Positions 39,130 through 54,629 of a DNA stretch of 64,000 bases are shown here, piece after piece. Below the pieces are notes generated by a model. The model had not been told where the DNA came from and searched no databases. It was given only the letters and a program-made list of their open reading frames with translations. Numbering within the stretch: position 1 is the stretch's first letter; each line of letters opens with the position of its first letter. This DNA is from Cycas panzhihuaensis (lineage: Eukaryota; Plantae; Cycadophyta). The position numbers and the translations under genes were made by a program. Location: assembly GCA_023213395.1 (NCBI GenBank), contig CM041465.1, positions 186,255,741 to 186,319,740 of the forward strand. The letters are read 5' to 3'.

Positions 39130-42100
39130 TGTAAGATCCTTTTATCCCCAATGTATCCATTCCTTTTTGAGTTACTTAAATTCTTAGGCAACTCCTCCTA
39201 AGACCCTTCTTGACATATATAAGTATTTGCACTTGCTTATATAGATTTCATGTCGTATGATTATGTCATGATGCACTTGTTTCCTAGATCACTTCAAGGT
39301 GATGCCTTAAAATGTTTTTATCAACTTCCCTTAGCTTTTGTGCTCTCATTTCAACAATTGGTTGATTCTTTTATTAACTATTTTGATGTAGAGAGACTAT
39401 TCAAATCTGGCATCAAATCTCTTTTGGCTATTAAATAAAACCACAATGAAACTTTTAGGGATTTTATGAGAAGGCTTTTAGACCAACTACAAGCATGTCA
39501 TTCACATCTTAATCCTGGTCTCCTATTTGATCTGTTCACTAGTGCTTTGAGGCCATATATACATCTTGAAGTTCTTAATCTTAGTCCTTAAACCTATGAA
39601 GAATCTATTGATTATTGTTTAGTTTTGGAAACATTTGAGATTTAGGTAGGTATTAAGAAGGTCAGGAAAAATGTTCCCTCTAAAGAAACTATTCAAATAA
39701 CTAATGCTTCCCATATTGAACCCACTTATGATCACTTAACTTATTCCATTAGATCATTAGAGTGTGCGATCAATACTAAGTTGCATTATGATGGTCCTTC
39801 TCAAGATCATCCATCCTAAGAAACAAAAGTAATCCATCTTACTAAAGGAAGGAACAAACAAGCTCCTCCTCCACCTCCTCCTTCTTTCATAAAAAATATG
39901 TGGTGTTTATATCATCAGATCAATACTCATGATAAAACTGAATATCATATGGTTAAAGCTATGACCTAAAATATAAATGTTTAATTAAATTATCCCTTCA
40001 AAATACCTCAAGATCAAATGATTCATAAAAACCCCTCACCTCAACACAAGGACAAGGGAAACAAAGATGACATGGGTAAGGAAAAACAAGTTCAAGATGA
40101 GCCTTCTAGTTTTAATACTTCTAAGAAGACTACTATCCCCCCTAACCCTTCAACAAAATGATCTAGTAATCAGGCTCACCCAGCTCCTAAAGGTCGTGAG
40201 ACTAAGAGAAAAATTAACATGGTAGGGATAATAAAGAGTGTAGGTCTATCTAACTCATCTAATGATTTGATGACAAGGAACCTTGACTGTTTTCCTCTTA
40301 TACCTCTACATCCCATTAGGTTTAGGTCCATTCCTTCTAGTATAAAGGATGGATCATTCTCTTTGGTTGATGAGTTAAAGATCATTCCTACTGGTATTTT
40401 ACTTATAAATTTATTGATGTCTTGCCCTGAGCAATGTCAGCTCTTATTTGATACATTGGGAGTTCTTGTTATATTCTCTTTATCCATTTCTACACTTTCT
40501 TTTGACTTGGCTACCTTGCCTAATCATACCACTTATGCTCCAAATGACATACCTCTATTTTATATTGAGATAATAAAGGATGACATCAATATCAAATATG
40601 TCATCATTGATGAAGGATCATCTATTAAAATAATCCCTCTTCGTCTTATTGAGGATTTAAAAAAAATAGTCTTTGATCCATGTGAGTTGATTTGTTAGGG
40701 ATACAATAAAAATTATAAAGTACCCCTTGGCCAAGTTACTCTCCCTCTTACTTTGGAAGAAAAGATAATTCTTACTAAATTGACCATTATTGATCTTGAT
40801 TTAGAGTACAACATCCTTTTGGGTAGACCATGGATTACCCAAATGGATACGGTTTGTTCTTCCCTCTTTGATGAACTTAGGTTCATCTATGAGGGACAAT
40901 TAAAATTTATAAAGCAAAAGTTGAAACCTATTAAACAATTAGTCCCACTTACTAAGACCATTTTTTATCCTAGTAAGTCATCTAACTCTTTAGAGTATTT
41001 TTTTCCATCATTAGATTTATGCTAGTACTTTGCCATTGAAACTCCTTCTACTTAGGGAGAAGTAAAGCATGTTGATTTAGTTGAGATTATTCCTATTTCA
41101 TTAGGTTCATCATCTACTCCTTAATCTTTGGGTTTGACTTATCAATCTTTGGTTTCCTTTTCTTCTTTCATTCTATTACATCTTATGAGGAAGCACTTGT
41201 GAGCCAAACTATTGATATGAATATCCACCTTCCTATTCAAAGCCATTTCTCACAGGTTTTATGTTTGCCTTTGAGGTCAAATACTTTAGTTTCTTCCACT
41301 ATATGTCATTCTTCAATTATTCATATAGTTTCTCTTTTATATGATGTGCCTCTTGATACTACACCTCTCTTCTCTCAGTCTCCTCTATTTACTACATGGT
41401 TGAATAGACATGAGAAAAAGATGTTATTGCATTGGCACCCAAACCTAGAATCAGGTGGTGAGGATATTAATTCACTTGATACACTTCAAAGGAATCAAAA
41501 TACCCCCACATAAGTATGGGAAGTGAAATTGGTTTCTACTATTTCATTTTCTTCTCGTCCTTCCATAGATGCTTCTCCATCATCCCTCATCTTGATGTCT
41601 TTATCTAATCAAGATTCTTATTCTTATCATCAAGATTTTGAACAAACCTTTATATCGATTTGGGAATTTATTGATAGGCCTATTCTTTTCTCTCGAGTTT
41701 CTTTGATCACTAAATTTATTCCTGCCTATCTAAATTCTTTGATTGATTCTTCTTATATTTTAGGCCCCTCTTCTTTGTCTATTGACCTACTAAGTAATTT
41801 ACTCCTTATTGATCTTTTTTACCTTGACCACTTTGAAAATCATGAGGTAATTCTTGAATATTTAGTAGGGTCATCTCCTTATCTTCTTTACAAACATCAT
41901 AGGTTAGGCTTTTTAAAGTAATACAACCTGATTCACCATTAGTTAACCATTTCTAACCTGAGGAGGTAGTTTCTCTAGTAGAACCTATTCCTCCTCACTT
42001 TGAAGAGGGAAATATTATGTTTATGGAGTAAACTATTGATGTTGACTTAGAACTGGACAATAGCCCTAGGATTATTAAACTCAGAGCTACTTGTACTCCT

Positions 42101-44178
42101 AAGAGATCACTCAATTTAAGGATCTCTTTCATGAGTTCTACTCATTCTTTGCTTAGGACTATAAAGATATGCATGGCCTTGATCCTCAAGTCATTGAGCA
42201 CAATATTACAGTAACTCTTAGAGTTAAATATAAACACAAAAAATATCAACCTATTTACCCACATCTTTCTGTCACTATCAAATAAGAAGTAGAGAAATTG
42301 AGAGTAGCTAGATTCATTGAGAATGTTGATTACTCTCAATGGGTTTCTAATATAGTTTTGGTTGCAAAAAAAAAGGTGTAATTTGAATTTGCATTAGCTT
42401 TTAGGACATTAATGATGCTTGTCCTAAGGATAATTTTCCTCTTACTTTTCTTGATTGGATTTGGGTCAAATGAATAGTTTCAATGTGATGTTCCTTATGG
42501 ATGATTTTTCTAGTTATGATTAGATTTCCATCTCACCTCAAGCTTGTCATAAGATTGCATTCACTACTCCTTTAGGTACTTTTGTGAATAAGCTCATACC
42601 TTTTGAATTAAAAAATGTTGGTACTACTTATCAAAGAGTAATGGTTCATATTTTTATGATCTGATTAATAATATTATTGCTATTTACTTAGATGATATGT
42701 TTGTTCTTTCTTGCAAAATACATGATCATGTCCATGACGTGAGGATAATCTTTAAAAGGTGGAGAAAATGTTGTTTATGCCTTAATTCATCTAAATGTGT
42801 TTTTATCGTGATGTCAAAAAGAATGCTAGGTAACATTATTTCCCACAATGGGATTATAGTAGATCCTATTAAGATAAAGGTAATTATTGATATGCCTCCT
42901 CCTAAAAGTTAGAAATAGATTGAATCCTTTTTAGGTAGACTTAGTTTTCTAAGATATTTTATTACTAATTTTACTTTGGATGGCAGGGCTATCATAAATC
43001 TCTTAAAGAATGATCTTAATTATGATGGACTCCTCAAGTTCAAGAGTTCTTTAACAAGTTGAAACAAGCCTTAATTTCAACACCCATGCTTTCTCTACCT
43101 AGATTTGACAAAACTTTTATCCTATATACCTCCTCTACAGGAGAATCATTAGCAGGTATTTTGGTACAAGAGGATGACTTTAGTAAAAAATGAGTGATAT
43201 ATTTCATTAGTAGGACTTTAGTGGCTTCTAAACTTTATTATCCCCTTCCTAAAAAGAATATCTTGCTTTAATATTTGCTATTAAGAACTTACAACACTAT
43301 TTTCTTAGGAATAAGGTCTAACTTATTATTTAATCTAATCCTATCAGATATTTACTTACCAAAACTAATCTTACTAGGTGACTAGGCAAATGGTCCTTAT
43401 TATTATAAGAATTTGACTTGTATAACATCAATAGAACATTTATGAAAGGCATGGTCATTATAGAGATCATGGCTTACACTCCTCTTCCTAACCCCACTAA
43501 TTAACCTATTAATGATACTTTTCCATATGAGCATGTTCTTCATGCCCAGGTTGTCCCTTCTGAAGATTCATGGTATGGAGAGATTAACTCAGACTGTTAT
43601 AGCCAATATTCCCCTTATTCTTTGACATCTAAGAAGAGAAGATGAATTTAAGTTATTACAAGATAATATCTCTTTCTCAATGACATACTTTATAAACATT
43701 CTTTTGATGGAATTTTGTTAAGGTTTCTTTCCCTCGATGAAACACTCCTAGCCTTCACAGAATGCCATAAAAGAATGTGTGGTGGACATTTTGGTATTCT
43801 TTATATGGATTGTTATTAGCCCATCCTAGTCAAGGATGCTCATGCTTATATACAAAAATGTGAAAAGTTTCAATCCCATGCAACCTTAATACATAACCCT
43901 ACACAAGAATTGAAATCAATTATCTCATCTTGGCATCTAAAGCTAGGATTTAGACTACTCATGATAGGCAGATTAGACCTAGAAAGTTCCATGTTGGTGA
44001 TAAAGTATTGAAGTTAGAATACCTCTATAATAAACAACAATAATTTTCTCCTAAGTGGGTTGGCCCTTATCTAGTAATCAAAAATTTGAGTAATGGAGCC
44101 TATTAAATCTCAACAATAGAAGGTTTGGAATTGAAAAAGCTTATAAACTCTCAATATTTGAAGAAGTTTTATGCCTAG
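39130..44178 (+). pseudogene. Decayed gag-pol of element C
   Basis: Gag HLFPRSLQGDALKCFYQLP (PF03732-like) and WCLYHQINTH Zn-knuckle ~39900. Protease VIIDEGSS and YNILLGRPWI (40600-40840). RT PKDNFPL / FTTPLG / YLDD (42420-42700). RNaseH ~43110-43480. Integrase ECHKRMCGGHF and PKWVGPY (43760-44178); the integrase core appears deleted at ~43935. Confidence 0.9.
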
Positions 44179-46317
44179 TGACATTTCTTGTCTCTGCAAT
44201 AAGAATAAACTATGACTTCAAAACTTCTTTTCTTGTCTAACTAGCTAAAACTATGGCCAATTCCTTTCTTTAGTCTTTTCTCATCTTCTCTTAAGTCGTT
44301 CCTACTTTCATAAAGACTTTACTCATGATCATATAAGTCTATTGCTCCTTCTAGCATATGCATTGATTGTGAATATTCTTCTTTGAGGTTTTTGGTATTT
44401 TTCCTCTTTTAAGCTCTGCACTCAAGAGAGAATTAGGGCCCCTAACCTTATCATTTATCTTCATCCTTGAAAAAGAGAGATTTGTTCGTCAGCTTTAGAT
44501 GCTTTTAGTTATTTAGATCATGCCTCTACTTGTTAGTCCTTTATCCTAAGGATTCCTTCTTAGTTATATATCACCTACTATTTTCTCTTATGTTGCTTTT
44601 ATTATCCTCAGTTCTCTCTATCTATATTCTTAAGTGAATACTTATTCTTCCGCCTTCTCTTTACATTTGGAGATATCATGATTTTGATTTCCTCTTTCCC
44701 CTGTGGTTTAATTCTTAAGGAGATTAGTCTCTTTCATCTTGGTTCTATTGAAAAAGGTAAACCCTTTTTGTATTAAGTAAAAGAAATTCATAATTAGATG
44801 AATATAAATCTTTTCTTATAAATATTAAAAAAAAGTGAAAGATCAAAGTTTATTAAAAAAAAAAAATTATTAAAAAAATTAATTAACATAAAAAGAGTAA
44901 AAAAAAAAAAGAGAGTATATTATTGTCATTCTCTTGTAATCTAGGGCAAGTCACATGATGACTTTGTCCCCACTTACTTGCATAATAGGTTGGGTTCATT
45001 TGGATGAGTCATTTAGGATGTTTAAATCTAGCTACTTAGGTCCTTAATTATGATCGAATCCTACTTGATACCTTTTATTCTTATTGATTGTATTCATCCT
45101 AATTATGATTTCTCTTTTTCCTCAATGTAGTCAAAACCAGTCTCATTCACTATTGTCTCCTTATTGATTGATTCTTGCACCCTCCTTTATTAACTACAAT
45201 GTCTCTAATTGGTCTTATCTTCCTATGGCATTGAATATATTCATTAATCAAGGTAGTAGAGATAACTCGAGGCCATCTGTTGCTACCTAGATGATCTATA
45301 ACTAATCGAGGAATCCTCTCATTTTCATTGGCATGTTTATACCTCCTAGGGTAAATAATAATGAAGCTAAATATTCTACCATTATAGGACACTTGTCTAA
45401 TATTTCACATTATTATCTTAAACCTATCATCATATATTCTAATTCTTAGATTGTAGTCTATCAATTGGCTGGGATATATTAGGTGTAATCTTTATGACTC
45501 CTTATCCTTCACCATCAAGCTTCATCATTATTGTCATTATTCTCTTCAGTCACTATCTACTATATTCCTTAAATCTTTAATGTTGAAGTTGATGCTATTA
45601 TCTCTCCTATCTTGGATGAGTATTTAGATTGACTTTCATCTTTTGGATGGGGGCACCTTACTCTAGAACAAATATAAACTACCACTCTATAAAGAGTATA
45701 AATTATTAGTTCTTAAAGATAAAGGTTTACGTAGTGTGAAGGTTAAGATTATAAGTTTAAGAATGAAATGAAGTGTTTTAAAGGATAAAGGGGCCAACGA
45801 GGAACCTAATATACTTAAAAAACTAGTTATTTATTGAGTGAGATTAATCTTTCATTCTATAAACAACATGTTTTCTTTATGATATATTATATAGATGTGA
45901 ATTGTATGAGTTTATCTTTTGAGAGACTTATATTATTCCATTGCCTACTTTTATAAACCTATTACTGATTGTTTAAAATGGTTTTATGTTTATAGAAATA
46001 GAATTAGTAATCCTTTCAATCTACTCCTTTTTATCTTTTATTTATTTTCTATCCTTCATTGTTCCTTATAATATTTTCCTTTCAAAAACTCTTTATACTT
46101 TGAAATGAGTATAAACTACCATATACATACTAGTAAAAAATCAAAAAATAATATAAAATTTAAAAAAAAAAAAGAGGGAATATTTACAAAATTATTATAT
46201 ATTTTCATAGATCATCATATTAATAAATATATATCACATTTAATTTATAAAAGGGAAATAGGGGGGAAAAGAGTTAGAGTTAATCATGCATTTCACACAA
46301 GTTTTTAAGAAAAATAA

Positions 46318-46722
<405 letters not shown>

Positions 46723-48294
46723 AAGAGCATATAATATATATGCCACTTATGTGACTCATGGTACAATAGTTGAGGCTCACAAAATGTCTCATATCTCCCT
46801 CCTGTCTTTCTATATATACATAATACATTCATCTCTGTGAGATCTAATGAGATCTTTCCTGTGCTCCTAGCTCTGTCCTCTCTCCTCTATCTAAAGTCTG
46901 CCCATGTATAGACTCCCTATAAGGTGGAAGATGTCATCCTTGCTGAACCATAGTGCTCCTTAATAGAATAGCTCACATTCCTACTTTCATTATACATAAA
47001 TGACACCTCTCATTCTCAACTACTCTCATAGTCTTAGCTCTTCTCTCATATCTAAGAATATATCTCAAGCTATAAATGTATGACGAAAGTAGTTAATGCG
47101 ATGTCCTAGTATAGGAGTATACGATCTACTGTGTTCCATGTTAGAGCCTCCTCTAATGTATGTATGCAAGGGAATATCAAGTTTAGCATCCTCCTCAATT
47201 CTTCTAGAGTTATGCTCTCATCATATATCCATAGAAAATATATAAATCATGATTAGTCTCGTGTGTAAAGGGTAAATAATAAAAATAAAAAACTCAACGC
47301 ACTTAAAATTAATTAACTGACACATTTGCTAGCTTACCTCCTCCTATTGACTTAGCTATCATCTCCTCCTCATGTTATGATGCTCTCTCTCCCTAAGGCT
47401 CTTGAGGAGCCTCTTTGATAGGCTCCCTATATCCTACTCTACTCCTTCCTCCTCACCCCTGCTCATTTATTGAGTTGAGCTCCATGCTTTGTATGGAACT
47501 TCCTCTACTGCCACCTAGTGCTCCACCTATCCTCTTGAGTACTTATTAACTCCCTCCCTCTCCTCTATTGGTCAATGCCTCTCCTCTCCTTCCTTGACCC
47601 ATCTCACCATGACCATTATCTCTTCCACCTCTACCTCCTCCTCTCTCTCCTTCTCTCTCTCCCTTTACTAATGATAGGGGCCTCTCCTAATGCTCCTCTT
47701 TCCATTACATCTATCTCATCATCACTCTACATTGGTAGCCCTTCATATACATCTAGTACTAGTTACCTCCTAGTCATCCTACTCAATAAAGGACTATGTG
47801 TACTCCTTGTTATGATGGATATCTTGTTATAGATCTGAGCTCTCATGTACCACATGTTCTTCCTTGGATCCATAATTACTAGCTCTCCTAGTGCTCCTCT
47901 TAGTCTCATCAAAGGAATATGATCATACAACTAACATATCAAGATGCAGCTATATGAGAATACTCCCCTACCCTACCTCCTAATCAGGGATAATTAAAGG
48001 TACATACTATCTACTATGTATTGCTCATAGTTTATCCAAATTCCTTACTTGCATCTCCTCACTACCCCAGCCCACTAAGTTAGAACCACTATGAAGTTCT
48101 AGGTTCTAGCAATCCTGTATATAATGATAAGGGTAATAATCCTCCATATGATAGGTATCCCCTCTACCATCCAAATAGCCTCAATAGATATCCTATGGGG
48201 ACCAAATTGGTCAATAAAACTAGTTAAGTATTAATTGTATGTCATATAAGATTCATTGACCACCACCTTATTGAGCCTGACTCTCTCTCTATTC

Positions 48295-48400
48295 TAGCTC
48301 ACTCCCAATATCCTCTCTATATCCCTTAGAGTGATCTATAGGTCCCTAATTACCCATACTCTGAAAACATTATATCTTGGGACCTAATAGCTAATAAAAT
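48295..48400 (-). pseudogene. PMD remnant, antisense extra ORF in the 3' region of element C
   Basis: FISY*VPRYNVFRV...RDL*ITLRDIERILGV, homologous to 27470-27580. Confidence 0.6.
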
Positions 48401-50026
48401 TAATGTAAAATCTCATATTGTATTACTAGTTGTGTCGTCCCACTCACTTTAGATAAACCATAAGCTTACGATATAGCCCAATCTACCTCATCCAACTGAC
48501 TAACTAGCTCTTTGATAGCTAATCCCTCATTTTCATATGTACTTACCCTCTCTAGAGGTTGTATCGCATAAAAAATATTACATCAAGATCTAATTTTCAT
48601 GCTATTAAAACTTTAATTTTTAATTTCTTTCTTTTCAAATCTAAAAATGTAATAAATCAAATAAAAATATAATTATCTATTTAAAAATGTGACTTCATAG
48701 TAAAAAATGTAATTTGTTGTTAAAAATGTGATTCCTTTAATTCCATTGTTAATTATCTAATTACATTTTTTTTATAGAATTTTCTCATTTTTTATTATGC
48801 TTTCATGTTTTTCATACTGTAAAATCATGTTTTTTACTATAAAAATTACTTTTATAAAAAAAAGTATGAAGTGAACTTACCAAATGTTTGACTCCCTATT
48901 ACATCCTATTAATATCTATCTTCTAAAGTTGATCTTCCACTGAAATGGCTCTAGATCGCCTCAGAAAATGAGAGATAAGGCCCTTAGATAGCTCAATTTT
49001 CCAACTCCCTTCTGTAAATATGAAATTCAATATATCTATCTTTTTCTTAATAAGGCCAGGGGGGTGGGCGAGGGGGTGGGATTTCTCTCTTTTTTAAGTT
49101 TTTTTTTTTTCTTTTAGCCATTAGATCTATCCAAGTAAGTTTTATTCTCTTACAATATTCTTGAATAAAATCACTTTGGAATAAGGAGAATATTTATCTC
49201 TTATCTATTAAGGTCAATTATCGACTTTAATATATTTGTCTTCCATGGAGCCTTTTGGAGACCTGAATGTTATATCTCTCATATATTTTTCTTTAAATCG
49301 ACTCTTAACTTTATCTCCAAAATGCTTCGAACCCTTTTAAGTATTAAAGAGCCTAAACTATGATAGGGAATGTTCTGAAATCTGATTGTTGATGAGCTTG
49401 AACTATGACAATTAGGCTCTAAAGTCCTTCACCCCATTAATGAGTTTAAACTATGACGGAAGGCTCTAAAGGATCACTTACTAATGAATTGAAACTATGG
49501 TAGTCCTAAGGCTCTAAGAAGTCACTTATTAATAAGCCCAAAAACAATGATAGTCTATCCTTTATGCTCTAGCAAAAGGACTTTCCTCCAAAGTATGGTT
49601 AATAAGAGATAAATTATGACCAGTTAGATTCTTAAGTCTCATATAGTTTATGGGCATTCAATATTGCTTTTACATTAAGTGAATGAGAACTTAATCCATT
49701 TAGATTAACTTTTAGGTAAGATCTCTTTAACTCATTATTGTAGAAAATTTGTTTAACTTAATTATAGTTCTCTTATAAGTTAGTAAACCATCATTCACAT
49801 ACCTCATTTCATACCTTTTGCTTGATAGAGAATCCTTCACTTCCATTATTATCACCTTTTACCATCTTACTTCCTTCTTGAAGTAGGAGCTTTAGGTGTC
49901 AAGGGGGGAAATGTTTCACTAAAACCTAGCCCTTATCACTTTTAGTATATCTTTTGTATTCTTTCATATGAAAATGATTGATTTGAGGTTTGTTTCATAT
50001 TGTATTAGGCCATTCTTTGATGAAAT

Positions 50027-53000
50027 TGTTGGAATATGAATGCACATTTGATTTGTCCCACATGCAAGTGGGTCCTACTCTTCCATCATGACTTGTATTA
50101 TAAATACACAATATTATGTATCATATTGTAATAATGTTGTAATGATGTTTTGTTAATACAATGGAGGTACCTTAAGGGTATTGTTTGATCCTATGGAGGT
50201 GATTTTGTTCTGTTTGGTTCTATTTGTGAATTATCTTATGCAGGTTTAATTTCTAACATGGTATCAGAGCGCCTAGGTTATGAGAGGTCTACCGAGTTTG
50301 GTTGGTAAAACCGTAATTCTATTAGCATGCAAGGAGGTGGATCTGTAGAGTTGTTGATGCCCATTTCCATTTGATAATACCATTGAGTTTGCCAAGCCCT
50401 AGAATTGTATGGAGGTGATCTTGATGTTTATTAAGCAATTAAGAGATGTTTTTGAAGCCATACACCTATTTGCTAGCTTATGGGAAAATGTAGAGTCCTC
50501 GTGGATCCATGAAATGAATAAATTACAATTAAAATATAAGGTACGCCCATTCCTTGAAGGATTTATATCTGGTCACCTATGATGATTTTAATAAAACTTC
50601 ATGTATATTATCATTATTTGATTGCTGCATCCATGATGTTTTCCATCTCCAACTTTGATAATTCTCTTTTGTTTATTAATATACTTTAGCCTGTATATAT
50701 TATCTAATCACCTTCCTATTTAATATAACCATTACCTGCCTACATGGATAATGTCTGCGATTCAAGATTTATAAAATCTGTGTGATTATTTGTTTGATGT
50801 ATACTATGCATATGTTTCACCTCATTTGCTATACTTCTATGCTCACCAACTATTAAATCGGTTGGTGTTTATTCACTGAAATTGCTCATATAGCCTAATC
50901 TAAATATTATCTTCCTATGTATTATCAATATGAAACTACCCTCTATTACTTTAGAATGGCCTTCCTCTGCATGATAGTCACTTATGTCTGTGTGACAAAG
51001 TTTTCTAGTAGCAGTTCACACGTGAGTAGCCATGATCTTAATAGTCATTGAATAATTATAATAATCACCTGGTGATTAATCTGTTCACCCATTTGTAATA
51101 TATATATTACCGCCCAATTGTTTATAATATTGAATCACCATCGTTTCTACCATTTTAATTTTTCTAATTATTAAATTCATCTAAATATATCTTGATCATC
51201 ATGGCTGCATATTTGTTCTACATGAGTTGATCTTTTAGCCCCATTAATTAATATTAGTCAGTCATTTGAGTTATTAAGTCACCTGTCACATGTGTTATTA
51301 TAGTCAATCATTAGAGATATATATATGGATGATGTATTATGCATTGGTTTATATATGCAACTGTCTATTAAATTTGGTTCATGCATGATAAATTATACAG
51401 TTGTGATGTATTTAGATATTCTGCATGTAGTCATTTATTATTGCCCATATTAATGTAGTTAAATACTTTATATGGTCACCCATTCACTATTCTACTGCAA
51501 TTTTTAGTTCAGCCACCGTATTTATACATTGATATATTTTTTTTTTGAATTGTCTATTTTGTTACCCAAATGCTTCAACGTCAGTCCTAGGGTATCATTA
51601 AATGAATTCACCATATCCAACGTCAACTTTGCATAACCTGGTAATATCGTAATGTTGGCGGCCAAAGCTACGTATAATATGAATGCGGCCAGCTCTTCAT
51701 GATTGATTTCTTTGTAAAATCGCCCTAACCTTGACACAGTATTCGATTTTATAAGTTTGCTCATATGTATATGACATTATTTATATTCACCATTATTATT
51801 ATTATTTTTTTTCACTTGTTTATATTGCCTGACATTTGACTTAATCAAATGTATTTTTAGAGTTCACCCATGCCAATTTTATATATCAGTATTTAATCAT
51901 TGCCCTTCTTTTCTTTGCATCCTTTGAAGATCATTTTTTATATATATCAACATCGCTTTTATAAACTGATATTATTATCATTAAAGTTTAATTCCATTTG
52001 GTAATATATTAACATTGTCATTAAGGGCCCTTTGGTATCAAGTTGTCATTTGAATGATAAAATATGTTATCTCAAATAGGTGAGTGCATATAACCTCTTT
52101 GATGTGGCATATGCATGTCATTTTGACATATGTAAAGAGATGTTTTATTATTAAAGGGAGAATTTCAGGGTATCTGCTAAGTGGTAAGTTGGTGACTTTG
52201 AGGTGATTGTTTGCTCTCTTGTATGCATTGCACCTAAGAGAATAAGTTGGGTAATGTTGATTGTATAGAGTGATATGAGGGAGTACTTTGATAATATAAG
52301 GTATGCTTGAGAGGCAATATTTGAGAGCTATTGGGGTTACATCTCAAGTTTGGGCATTTGTTGAACATGTTTAAGAGCAAGATTTGACATATTTTGATGG
52401 TGTATTCTTTAATCAATTCGACAGGCAAAATTGAAGGCATGACAAGGGCAAGAGGAGGGTAATAAGAGGGCATTGTGATCAAGGTAATGATTAATAAGCA
52501 AGTGAGCTATTGTTATAAGGAAGTAATCTTTGGCATTGAATTGATGGTGGAGTCCTTACAATTATGGCTTTATGGAGATATAAGTGGGTTATTTTTTGAA
52601 GTAAGGTCTTGGTTTGATATGTTGACATGGTGACATGAGATGAAGTTTGAAGCTTTATATTACTCTTTAGCATGTAATCTACATGGAAGAATAATTTTGG
52701 TAATGATGCAATATGAGGTGTTTTACATGTGTTGTATATGAGAGAGTGAGGTTGGTGAAGAGATGTCTATTATTTCTCTTGTATGTATTTACACAAGAGA
52801 ATTGGTGAGGTGATGACTTGGCGATATAAGGCAATTATAACATGTGAGGTTACATGACAAGATTGGACATTTGTCAGGGCATGTTAAGGATGAAATTAGA
52901 GTTGCTTTGTCAATTGACTGAATGCAAAGAAGGATGAGTTTTTTGTTGAAGTTATTTAAAGTGGCATGAGTTGTATTTTTGAGTAATTAAGTGAAGTGCA

Positions 53001-54629
53001 TGTACATGATTCCTATAAGATGTATGTGGCTTAGGCATTGACTTGATAAGAGTTTCAGATACTTCTTTTATGTGACTATTTGGCAATATATGAGATGCAT
53101 AAGGCAATGATGTGATGATGAAGTTTGTAATATAAGGGACATGAGACATGAGAAAGTTTGTTGAGGTTGATGGGTGAATTTGTTGATTAAGGGATGTGGT
53201 GTTAGAAAATGGAATTTATAATCATGGAAGATAATGATGTAGTTATGTATGTTCCTGAAACAAATGAATACTACCTATGGGATTCATTTCTTCCATTACC
53301 TAAGTGTAATGGTGAAGACTACTTCTTTTGGACAATTAAAATGAGATGTTTATTCATAGCTAGAGGTTTGTGGAAGATTATTACTGATGAATATGATATC
53401 CCTAAGTATGAAGAAGAAAAAGAAATGCTTGAGAAGAAAGACAGAAAGACATTCATTATGATTCATGCTACATTCAATGAGGTTTATCTTCCTTCCAAAT
53501 TCCATTTTATCATTCCTATGATTCTACATGCAAGTAATGCTAAAGAACATTGAGATTTTATAAGGGAAGTGTTTGAATATACTCCTAAAGAGACACAATG
53601 AATGATTAAAAAGACAATTAGGGTAAGTTATGGTTATGGTAGAGGTACAATAAATGGAGAAAATATCAACAACACTGATGAAATGACATGTCAAGATGAA
53701 AAATATATGAATACTGATGAAATTTCTATTGAATGTAAGGAAATGATGGTTGAATGCATTCATGAGATCACAACTACTAATGAAGACATTGAAAATGATG
53801 AGTTGATAAAGGTTTATATAGATGACACCATGATCTCAAGAGAGATTGAATATGAATCTAATGGTCCTATAAAGGATAAGTCTTATATTGATGATATTCC
53901 TACTTTAAGTACTGATTCAAGTTTGAATGATGTTCCTTCTTTGAGCATTGATTCAAGTTCAAAGAGTATGCAAGACAATTAAGATTCCACTCCAAAGGTT
54001 AAAGAAATCATCGTTGTATATGGTGTTCAAGAGTTTATATAGGATAATGATGACATGCAAGTTGTGATTAAAGATGATTGTTTATAGGATCTACATCAAA
54101 ATTAGACTAGACCAGGAACAATAAAGAATCAAAATTTTCACTTGCTAGAGTAGCTACATCAACATTATCACTATAAAATTGAAGATGGAAATCAAGCTGA
54201 GGATATCATCTTACAAAGGTATTAGTATAGAATTGAAGATGAAAATCAAGATGAAGATATCATTATGCAGCTAAGACATCACTATAAGATTAAAGATAAG
54301 GATCAAGTTGAAGACATCATTTCCAATACATTTCTAATACATTTCCAAGGACAAGGTGTTGTAAGTATAAATGACCAAAATGTGCATTAAGGGGGAGTGT
54401 TAGAATATTAATGTATATTTGATTTGTCCCACATGTAAGTGGGCCCTACTCTTCCATCATGGCTTGTATTATAAATACACAATATTATGTATCATATTGT
54501 AATAATATTGTAATGATGTTTTGTTCATATAATGGAGGTACCTTAAGGGTACTGTTCAATCCTGTAGAGGTGATTTTGTTCTATTTGGTTCTATTTATGA
54601 ATTACCTTATGCGGGTTTATTTTGCAACA
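50027..54629 (+). mobile_element. Element D: complete non-autonomous gag-only LTR element inserted in the 3' LTR of C
   Basis: 232-bp LTRs 50027-50258 and 54398-54629 (~10% different by eye). TSD GAAAT on both sides. PBS TGGTATCAGAGC at 50259-50270. PPT TTAAGGGGGAG before 54398. Confidence 0.95.
53209..54390 (+). pseudogene. Gag N-terminal ORF with acidic repetitive tail (element D)
   Basis: LPKCNGEDYFFWTIKMRCLFIARGLWKII...NAKEH*. The acidic tail has 36-bp (DIPTLSTDSS/DVPSLSIDSS) and ~57-60 bp (YKIED.NQ.EDII) repeats running up to the PPT. Confidence 0.8.
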
